Below, piece after piece: positions 34,929 to 41,646 of a DNA stretch of 41,646 nucleotides (position 1 is its first letter; each line of letters starts with the position of its first letter). Made by a program: the position numbers and the translations under genes. The stretch spans positions 1 to 41,646 of the IMG/VR virus record IMGVR_UViG_2737471837_000010, one strand, 5' to 3'. Origin of the DNA: a virus (Duplodnaviria; Heunggongvirae; Uroviricota; Caudoviricetes). The notes below the pieces were generated by a model. The model did no database searches, was not told the DNA's origin, and saw only the letters and a list, made by a program, of their open reading frames with translations.

Positions 34929-35225
34929 ATGAACGCTTATTACATTCAGGATCGTCTTGAGGCTCAGAGCTGGGCGCGTCACTACCAGCAGATTGCCCGT
35001 GAAGAGAAAGAGGCAGAACTGGCAGACGACATGGAAAAAGGTCTTCCACAGCACCTGTTTGAATCACTCTGCATCGATCATTTGCAACGCCACGGGGCCA
35101 GCAAAAAAGCCATTACCCGTGCATTTGATGACGATGTTGAGTTTCAGGAGCGCATGGCAGAACACATCCGGTACATGGTTGAAACCATTGCTCACCATCA
35201 GGTTGATATTGATTCAGAGGTATAA
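34929..35225 (+). CDS. gam: Gam (RecBCD inhibitor), short 98-aa form only
   Basis: [47 protein letters not shown]..., recognised as lambda Gam. The upstream in-frame extension is closed by a TAA 19 codons before the ATG. Confidence 0.9.
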   Translation: MNAYYIQDRLEAQSWARHYQQIAREEKEAELADDMEKGLPQHLFESLCIDHLQRHGASKKAITRAFDDDVEFQERMAEHIRYMVETIAHHQVDIDSEV

Positions 35226-35230
35226 AACGG

Positions 35231-36016
35231 ATGAGTACAGCACTCGCAACGCTGGCTGGGAAGCTGGCTGAACGTGTCGGCATGGATTCTGTCGACCCAC
35301 AGGAACTGATCACCACTCTTCGCCAGACGGCATTTAAAGGTGATGCCAGCGATGCGCAGTTCATCGCATTGTTGATCGTCGCCAACCAGTACGGCCTTAA
35401 TCCGTGGACGAAAGAAATTTACGCCTTCCCTGATAAGCAGAACGGCATCGTTCCGGTGGTGGGCGTTGATGGCTGGTCCCGCATCATCAATGAAAACCAG
35501 CAGTTTGATGGCATGGACTTTGAGCAGGACAATGAATCCTGTACATGCCGGATTTACCGCAAGGACCGTAATCATCCGATCTGCGTTACCGAGTGGATGG
35601 ATGAATGCCGCCGCGAACCATTCAAAACCCGCGAAGGCAGAGAAATCACGGGGCCGTGGCAGTCGCATCCCAAACGGATGTTACGGCATAAAGCCATGAT
35701 TCAGTGTGCCCGTCTCGCCTTCGGATTTGCGGGTATCTATGACAAGGATGAAGCCGAGCGCATTGTCGAAAATACCGCATACACTGCAGAACGTCAGCCG
35801 GAACGCGACATCACTCCGGTTAACGATGAAACCATGCAGGAGATTAACACTCTGCTGATCGCCCTGGATAAAACATGGGATGACGACTTATTGCCGCTCT
35901 GTTCCCAGATATTTCGCCGCGACATTCGCGCATCGTCAGAACTGACACAGGCCGAAGCAGTGAAAGCTCTTGGATTCCTGAAACAGAAAGCCACTGAGCA
36001 GAAGGTGGCATCATGA
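35231..36016 (+). CDS. bet: Bet (Red-beta single-strand annealing protein)
   Basis: 261-aa [47 protein letters not shown]..., recognised as lambda Bet. Confidence 0.95.
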   Translation: MSTALATLAGKLAERVGMDSVDPQELITTLRQTAFKGDASDAQFIALLIVANQYGLNPWTKEIYAFPDKQNGIVPVVGVDGWSRIINENQQFDGMDFEQDNESCTCRIYRKDRNHPICVTEWMDECRREPFKTREGREITGPWQSHPKRMLRHKAMIQCARLAFGFAGIYDKDEAERIVENTAYTAERQPERDITPVNDETMQEINTLLIALDKTWDDDLLPLCSQIFRRDIRASSELTQAEAVKALGFLKQKATEQKVAS

Positions 36017-36693
36017 CACCGGACATTATCCTGCAGCGTACCGGGATCGACGTGAGAGCTGTCGAACAGGGGGATGATGCATGGCACAAATTACGGCTCG
36101 GCGTCATCACCGCTTCAGAAGTTCACAACGTGATAGCAAAGCCCCGCTCAGGAAAGAAGTGGCCTGACATGAAAATGTCCTACTTCCACACCCTGCTGGC
36201 TGAGGTTTGCACCGGTGTGGCTCCGGAAGTTAATGCTAAGGCGCTGGCCTGGGGAAAACAGTACGAGAACGACGCCAGAGCCCTGTTTGAGTTTACTTCC
36301 GGCGTGAATGTTACTGAATCCCCGATCATCTATCGCGACGAAAGTATGCGTACCGCCTGCTCTCCGGATGGTTTATGCAGTGACGGCAACGGCCTTGAGC
36401 TGAAATGCCCGTTTACCTCCCGGGATTTCATGAAGTTCCGGCTCGGTGGTTTCGAGGCCATAAAGTCGGCTTACATGGCCCAGGTGCAGTACAGCATGTG
36501 GGTGACGCGAAAAGATGCCTGGTACTTTGCCAACTATGACCCGCGTATGAAGCGTGAAGGCCTGCATTATGTCGTGATTGAGCGGAATGAAAAGTACATG
36601 GCGAATTTTGACGAGATGGTGCCGGAGTTCATCGAAAAAATGGACGTGGCACTGGCTGAAATTGGTTTTGTATTTGGGGAGCAATGGCGATGA
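36013..36693 (+). CDS. exo: Exo (Red-alpha 5'-3' exonuclease)
   Basis: 226-aa [47 protein letters not shown]..., recognised as lambda Exo. Confidence 0.95.
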   Translation: MTPDIILQRTGIDVRAVEQGDDAWHKLRLGVITASEVHNVIAKPRSGKKWPDMKMSYFHTLLAEVCTGVAPEVNAKALAWGKQYENDARALFEFTSGVNVTESPIIYRDESMRTACSPDGLCSDGNGLELKCPFTSRDFMKFRLGGFEAIKSAYMAQVQYSMWVTRKDAWYFANYDPRMKREGLHYVVIERNEKYMANFDEMVPEFIEKMDVALAEIGFVFGEQWR

Positions 36694-36872
36694 AGCATCC
36701 TCACGATAATATCCGGGTAGGCGCGATCACTTTCGTCTACTCCGTTACAAAGCGAGGCTGGGTATTTCCCGGCCTTCCTGTTATCCGAAATCCCCTGAAA
36801 GCACATCGGCTGGCTGAGGAGATAAATAATAAACGAGGGGCTGTATGCACAAAGCATCTCCTGTTGAGTTAA
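36684..36872 (+). CDS. Lambda exo-xis region small ORF (orf60a-like)
   Basis: 62-aa ORF whose start overlaps the exo stop; position and size match the first of the lambda exo-xis small ORFs. Confidence 0.6.
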   Translation: MAMKHPHDNIRVGAITFVYSVTKRGWVFPGLPVIRNPLKAHRLAEEINNKRGAVCTKHLLLS

Positions 36873-37036
36873 GAACGAGCATTGAGATGGCACATAGCCT
36901 TGCTCAAATTGGAGTCAAGTTTGTGCCAATACCAGTAGAAACAGACGAAGAATTTCATACGTTAGCCGCATCCCTTTCACAAAAGCTGGAAATGATGGTG
37001 GCGAAAGCAGAAGCAGATGAGAGAGACCAGGTATGA
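36845..37036 (+). CDS. Lambda exo-xis region small ORF (orf63-like)
   Basis: 63-aa ORF overlapping its neighbours, in the expected position. Confidence 0.6.
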   Translation: MHKASPVELRTSIEMAHSLAQIGVKFVPIPVETDEEFHTLAASLSQKLEMMVAKAEADERDQV

Positions 37037-37112
37037 CAACCACGGAATGCATTTTTCTGGCAGCGGGCTTCATATTTTGTGTGCTTATGCTTGCCGACAT
37101 GGGACTTGTTCA

Positions 37113-37328
37113 ATGACACCTCAGCAAGAAAACGCCCTTCGCAGCATTGCCCGTCTGGCTAACTCTGAAATCAAAAAAGCCAGACAGCAGTTTCCGGATA
37201 AAAACGTCGATGACATTTGCCGTAGCGTACTGAAGAAGCACCGCGAAACGGTAACGCTGATGGGATTCACACCGACTCATTTAAGTCTGGCGATCGGCAT
37301 GTTAAACGGCGTCTTTAAGGAGCGATGA
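37113..37328 (+). CDS. Lambda exo-xis region small ORF (orf61-like); start at MTPQQENAL
   Basis: Open frame MTPQQENALRSIARLANSEIKKARQQFPDKNVDD...; the ORF track's longer upstream extension is probably not translated. Confidence 0.55.
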   Translation: MTPQQENALRSIARLANSEIKKARQQFPDKNVDDICRSVLKKHRETVTLMGFTPTHLSLAIGMLNGVFKER

Positions 37329-37426
37329 ACATGAAAAGCAAAATCATCAGGGAGCTACAGGCTCCTTTTTTATTGTTCGCATTCACCCTCAAGCGTATTA
37401 ACCAACAATTCAGGGATTAATGGAAG

Positions 37427-37648
37427 ATGGCAGACATCATTGATTCAGCATCAGAAATTGAAGAATTACAGCGCAACACAGCAATAAAAATGCGCCGCCT
37501 GAACCACCAGGCTATATCTGCCACTCATTGTTGTGAGTGTGGCGATCCGATAGATGAACGAAGACGCCTGGTCGTTCAGGGTTGTCGGACTTGTGCAAGT
37601 TGCCAGGAAGATCTGGAGCTTATCAGTAAACAGAGAGGTTCGAAGTGA
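37427..37648 (+). CDS. TraR/DksA-family C4 zinc-finger protein (lambda orf73-like)
   Basis: 73-aa ORF with CxxC(17)CxxC (CCECGDPIDERRRLVVQGCRTCASCQ). Confidence 0.75.
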   Translation: MADIIDSASEIEELQRNTAIKMRRLNHQAISATHCCECGDPIDERRRLVVQGCRTCASCQEDLELISKQRGSK

Positions 37649-38193
37649 GTGAAATTAACTCTCAGGCACTGCGTGAAGCGGCAGAGCAGGCAATGCATGA
37701 CGACTGGGGATTTGACGCAGACCTTTTCCATGAATTGGTAACACCATCGATTGTGCTGGAACTGCTGGATGAACGGGAAAGAAACCAGCAATACATCAAA
37801 CGCCGCGACCAGGAGAACGAGGATATTGCGCTAACAGTAGGGAAACTGCGTGTTGAGCTTGAAACAGCAAAATCAAAACTCAACGAGCAGCGTGAGTATT
37901 ACGAAGGTGTTATCTCGGATGGGAGTAAGCGTATTGCTAAACTGGAAAGCAACGAAGTCCGTGAAGACGGAAACCAGTTTCTTGTTGTTCGCCATCCTGG
38001 GAAGACTCCTGTTATCAAGCACTGCACTGGTGACCTGGAAGAGTTTCTGCGGCAGTTAATCGAACAAGACCCGTTAGTAACTATCGACATCATTACGCAT
38101 CGCTATTACGGGGTTGGAGGTCAATGGGTTCAGGATGCAGGTGAGTATCTGCATATGATGTCTGACGCTGGCATTCGCATCAAAGGAGAGTGA
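37645..38193 (+). CDS. ea22: Ea22-like protein
   Basis: 182-aa ORF with an acidic N-terminus and central coiled-coil; size and position match lambda ea22. Confidence 0.75.
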   Translation: MSEINSQALREAAEQAMHDDWGFDADLFHELVTPSIVLELLDERERNQQYIKRRDQENEDIALTVGKLRVELETAKSKLNEQREYYEGVISDGSKRIAKLESNEVREDGNQFLVVRHPGKTPVIKHCTGDLEEFLRQLIEQDPLVTIDIITHRYYGVGGQWVQDAGEYLHMMSDAGIRIKGE

Positions 38194-38384
38194 GATCGGT
38201 TTTGTAAAAGATAACGCTTGTGAAAATGCTGAATTTCGCGTCGTCTTCACAGCGATGCCAGAGTCTGTAGTGTCAGATGATGACCGTACTCAAACATCGG
38301 GTTGAGTATTATCTTACTGTTTCTTTACATAAACATTGCTGATACCGTTTAGCTGAAACGACATATATTGCAAGGAGTTTATAA

Positions 38385-38666
38385 ATGAGTATCAATGAGT
38401 TAGAGTCTGAGCAAAAAGATTGGGCGTTATCAATGTTGTGCAGATCCGGTGTCTTGTCTCCATGCAGACATCACGAAGGTGTTTATGTAGATGAAGGTAT
38501 AGATATAGAGTCGGCATACAAATATTCCATGAAGGTTTATAAGTCTAATGAAGACAAATCCCCATTCTGCAATGTGCGTGAAATGACTGATACCGTGCAA
38601 AATTATTATCACGAGTACGGTGGAAACGATACTTGCCCTCTCTGTACAAAACATATAGATGATTAA
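38385..38666 (+). CDS. ea8.5: Ea8.5-like Cys-rich protein
   Basis: 93-aa ORF with a Cys/His cluster (CRHHEG ... CPLCTKH); size and position match lambda ea8.5. Confidence 0.75.
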   Translation: MSINELESEQKDWALSMLCRSGVLSPCRHHEGVYVDEGIDIESAYKYSMKVYKSNEDKSPFCNVREMTDTVQNYYHEYGGNDTCPLCTKHIDD

Positions 38667-38754
38667 ACCCAATATTACATAACAATCCTCGCACTCGCGG
38701 GGATTTATTTTATCTGAACTCGCTACGGCGGGTTTTGTTTTATGGAGATGGTAA

Positions 38755-38922
38755 ATGCACTTCCGAGTCACAGGAGAATGGAATGGAGAGCCATTCAACA
38801 GAGTTATCGAAGCGGAGAACATCAACGACTGCTACGACCACTGGATGATATGGGCGCAGATAGCACATGCAGACGTAACCAATATTCGAATTGAAGAACT
38901 GAAAGAACACCAAGCCGCCTGA
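38755..38922 (+). CDS. Lambda orf55-like small protein
   Basis: Hand-translated 55-codon frame MHFRVTGEWNGEPFNRVIEAENINDCYDHWMIWAQIAHADVTNIRIEELKEHQAA; below the ORF track's size cutoff. Confidence 0.6.
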   Translation: MHFRVTGEWNGEPFNRVIEAENINDCYDHWMIWAQIAHADVTNIRIEELKEHQAA

Positions 38923-38934
38923 TGGCGGTTTTTT
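38913..38934 (+). terminator. Rho-independent terminator after the orf55-like gene
   Basis: Hairpin GCCGCC-TGAT-GGCGG followed by TTTTTTCTT. Confidence 0.6.
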
Positions 38935-38961
38935 CTTGCGTGTAATTGCGGAGACTTTGCG

Positions 38962-39180
38962 ATGTACTTGACACTTCAGGAGTGGAACGCACGCCAGCGA
39001 CGTCCAAGAAGCCTTGAAACAGTTCGTCGATGGGTTCGGGAATGCAGGATATTCCCACCTCCGGTTAAGGATGGAAGAGAGTATCTGTTCCACGAATCAG
39101 CGGTAAAGGTTGACTTAAATCGACCAGTAACAGGTAGCCTTTTGAAGAGGATCAGAAATGGGAAGAAGGCGAAGTCATGA
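38962..39180 (+). CDS. xis: Excisionase Xis
   Basis: 72-aa ORF MYLTLQEWNARQRRPRSLETVRRWVRECRIFPPPVKDGREYLFHESAVKV..., recognised as lambda Xis. Confidence 0.95.
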   Translation: MYLTLQEWNARQRRPRSLETVRRWVRECRIFPPPVKDGREYLFHESAVKVDLNRPVTGSLLKRIRNGKKAKS

Positions 39181-40228
39181 GCGCCGGGATTTACCCCCTA
39201 ACCTTTATATAAGAAACAATGGATATTACTGCTACAGGGACCCAAGGACGGGTAAAGAGTTTGGATTAGGCAGAGACAGGCGAATCGCAATCACTGAAGC
39301 TATACAGGCCAACATTGAGTTATTTTCAGGACACAAACACAAGCCTCTGACAGCGAGAATCAACAGTGATAATTCCGTTACGTTACATTCATGGCTTGAT
39401 CGCTACGAAAAAATCCTGGCCAGCAGAGGAATCAAGCAGAAGACACTCATAAATTACATGAGCAAAATTAAAGCAATAAGGAGGGGTCTGCCTGATGCTC
39501 CACTTGAAGACATCACCACAAAAGAAATTGCGGCAATGCTCAATGGATACATAGACGAGGGCAAGGCGGCGTCAGCCAAGTTAATCAGATCAACACTGAG
39601 CGATGCATTCCGAGAGGCAATAGCTGAAGGCCATATAACAACAAACCCTGTCGCTGCCACTCGCGCAGCAAAATCAGAGGTAAGGAGATCAAGACTTACG
39701 GCTGACGAATACCTGAAAATTTATCAAGCAGCAGAATCATCACCATGTTGGCTCAGACTTGCAATGGAACTGGCTGTTGTTACCGGGCAACGAGTTGGTG
39801 ATTTATGCGAAATGAAGTGGTCTGATATCGTAGATGGATATCTTTATGTCGAGCAAAGCAAAACAGGCGTAAAAATTGCCATCCCAACAGCATTGCATGT
39901 TGATGCTCTCGGAATATCAATGAAGGAAACACTTGATAAATGCAAAGAGATTCTTGGCGGAGAAACCATAATTGCATCTACTCGTCGCGAACCGCTTTCA
40001 TCCGGCACAGTATCAAGGTATTTTATGCGCGCACGAAAAGCATCAGGTCTTTCCTTCGAAGGGGATCCGCCTACCTTTCACGAGTTGCGCAGTTTGTCTG
40101 CAAGACTCTATGAGAAGCAGATAAGCGATAAGTTTGCTCAACATCTTCTCGGGCATAAGTCGGACACCATGGCATCACAGTATCGTGATGACAGAGGCAG
40201 GGAGTGGGACAAAATTGAAATCAAATAA
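39158..40228 (+). CDS. int: Tyrosine integrase Int
   Basis: 356-aa ORF MGRRRSHERRDLPPNLYIRNNGYYCYRDPRTGKEFGLGRDRRIAITEAIQANIELF..., recognised as lambda Int; its start overlaps the xis 3' end. Confidence 0.95.
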   Translation: MGRRRSHERRDLPPNLYIRNNGYYCYRDPRTGKEFGLGRDRRIAITEAIQANIELFSGHKHKPLTARINSDNSVTLHSWLDRYEKILASRGIKQKTLINYMSKIKAIRRGLPDAPLEDITTKEIAAMLNGYIDEGKAASAKLIRSTLSDAFREAIAEGHITTNPVAATRAAKSEVRRSRLTADEYLKIYQAAESSPCWLRLAMELAVVTGQRVGDLCEMKWSDIVDGYLYVEQSKTGVKIAIPTALHVDALGISMKETLDKCKEILGGETIIASTRREPLSSGTVSRYFMRARKASGLSFEGDPPTFHELRSLSARLYEKQISDKFAQHLLGHKSDTMASQYRDDRGREWDKIEIK

Positions 40229-40316
40229 TGATTTTATTTTGACTGATAGTGACCTGTTCGTTGCAACAAATTGATAAGCAATGCTTTTTTATAATGCCAA
40301 CTTAGTATAAAAAAGC
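40229..40316. other. attL: attL: lambda P' arm plus 15-bp core (TTAGTATAAAAAAGC at 40302..40316) joined to host attB sequence
   Basis: The reverse complement of the core is GCTTTTTTATACTAA. The phage-side sequence reads as the lambda P' arm (AAGTTGGCATTATAAAAAAGCATTGCTTATCAATTTGTTGCAACGAACAGG); the host side GAATCCGTTGAAGCCT matches the remembered attB flank. Confidence 0.85.
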
Positions 40317-40362
40317 AGGCTTCAACGGATTCATTTTTCTATTTCATAGCCCGGAGCAACCT

Positions 40363-41646
40363 GTGAACACATTTTCAGTTTCCCGTCTGGCGCTGGCATT
40401 GGCTTTTGGCGTGACGCTGACCGCCTGTAGCTCAACCCCGCCCGATCAACGTCCTTCTGATCAAACCGCGCCTGGTACCTCTTCTCGCCCGATTCTGTCG
40501 GCAAAAGAAGCGCAGAATTTCGATGCTCAACACTATTTTGCATCCCTGACACCAGGTGCTGCAGCGTGGAATCCTTCCCCGATTACCCTGCCTGCGCAAC
40601 CTGAATTTGTTGTCGGCCCGGCGGGCACTCAAGGTGTAACGCATACCACGATTCAGGCGGCGGTAGATGCGGCAATTATCAAGCGTACCAACAAGCGCCA
40701 GTATATTGCCGTGATGCCTGGTGAGTATCAGGGAACGGTATATGTCCCTGCCGCTCCGGGTGGAATTACTCTGTACGGTACAGGTGAAAAACCGATTGAT
40801 GTGAAGATTGGGCTTTCCCTTGATGGTGGCATGAGCCCTACCGACTGGCGTCACGACGTCAACCCGCGCGGCAAATATATGCCAGGTAAACCAGCGTGGT
40901 ATATGTACGATAGCTGCCAGAGCAAACGCAGCGACAGTATCGGTGTTCTCTGCTCTGCGGTCTTCTGGTCACAAAACAATGGCCTGCAACTGCAAAATCT
41001 GACCATCGAAAACACGCTGGGCGATAGCGTAGATGCAGGTAACCATCCGGCGGTGGCACTGCGTACTGATGGTGACCAGGTACAGATTAACAACGTTAAC
41101 ATTCTCGGTCGTCAGAACACCTTCTTTGTCACCAACAGCGGTGTGCAGAACCGTCTGGAAACCAACCGTCAGCCGCGTACGCTGGTGACCAACAGCTATA
41201 TTGAAGGGGATGTGGATATCGTTTCTGGTCGCGGCGCAGTGGTGTTCGATAACACCGAATTCCGCGTGGTGAACTCACGTACTCAGCAAGAAGCGTATGT
41301 GTTTGCACCGGCTACGCTGTCCAACATCTATTACGGTTTCCTCGCCGTAAACAGCCGTTTCAATGCTTCCGGTGATGGCGTGGCACAACTGGGCCGCTCG
41401 CTGGATGTTGATGCCAATACCAACGGTCAGGTGGTGATCCGTGATAGCGCCATCAACGAAGGTTTTAACACGGTTAAACCGTGGGGCGATGCGGTGATTT
41501 CCAATCGTCCATTTGCGGGTAATACCGGCAGCGTTGACGATAGCGACGAAATACAGCGCAATCTGAATGACACTAACTACAACCGCATGTGGGAATACAA
41601 TAATCGCGGCGTGGGTAGCAAAGTGGTTGCAGAGGCGAAGAAGTAA
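40363..41646 (+). CDS. ybhC: Host chromosomal gene ybhC: outer-membrane lipoprotein with pectinesterase-like / acyl-CoA thioesterase fold
   Basis: 427-aa ORF with a lipoprotein signal (LALAFGVTLTAC); recognised as YbhC, the gene next to attB-lambda on the gal side. GC content is host-like. Confidence 0.85.
   Translation: MNTFSVSRLALALAFGVTLTACSSTPPDQRPSDQTAPGTSSRPILSAKEAQNFDAQHYFASLTPGAAAWNPSPITLPAQPEFVVGPAGTQGVTHTTIQAAVDAAIIKRTNKRQYIAVMPGEYQGTVYVPAAPGGITLYGTGEKPIDVKIGLSLDGGMSPTDWRHDVNPRGKYMPGKPAWYMYDSCQSKRSDSIGVLCSAVFWSQNNGLQLQNLTIENTLGDSVDAGNHPAVALRTDGDQVQINNVNILGRQNTFFVTNSGVQNRLETNRQPRTLVTNSYIEGDVDIVSGRGAVVFDNTEFRVVNSRTQQEAYVFAPATLSNIYYGFLAVNSRFNASGDGVAQLGRSLDVDANTNGQVVIRDSAINEGFNTVKPWGDAVISNRPFAGNTGSVDDSDEIQRNLNDTNYNRMWEYNNRGVGSKVVAEAKK

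Noticed and set aside
38740-39093. 117-aa minus-strand ORF
   Set aside because: Antisense to the orf55-like gene and xis, both of which match lambda on the plus strand.

Overview
This window is almost entirely a lambdoid prophage in an Escherichia coli-type chromosome, drawn in reverse orientation to the standard lambda map. The right end is attL (lambda core TTAGTATAAAAAAGC at 40302..40316) abutting the host lipoprotein gene ybhC, which is the classical lambda attB location. Calls rest on reading the six-frame translations and the raw sequence and on remembered protein sequences; no database search was run. Left to right: the lambda-type tail and head genes J (5' part) through Nu1 on the minus strand, cos, a small accessory cluster, a phage 21/DLP12-type lysis cassette (Rz/Rz1, SAR endolysin, pinholin), an oppositely oriented OmpC-family porin, Q, a DLP12-like nin region (ylcG, rusA, ybcO, ninE, ybcN), then P and O, a non-lambda immunity region (YdaT-like, Cro/YdaS-like, S24-family cI), and finally lambda-type gam-bet-exo, the exo-xis small ORFs, xis and int. 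The strongest candidates for an undescribed system are two AT-rich, terminator-bracketed cassettes: a 340-aa protein plus a four-helix membrane protein in the rexA/rexB slot after cI, and a 548-aa metallophosphoesterase-domain protein paired with a HAD phosphatase in the ren slot after P. The replication gene O is split by a frameshift that coincides with a 43-bp tandem duplication of two ori iterons. The left arm of the early region (kil, cIII, ral, sieB, N) is replaced by a single unknown ORF, and only the short form of gam is intact.
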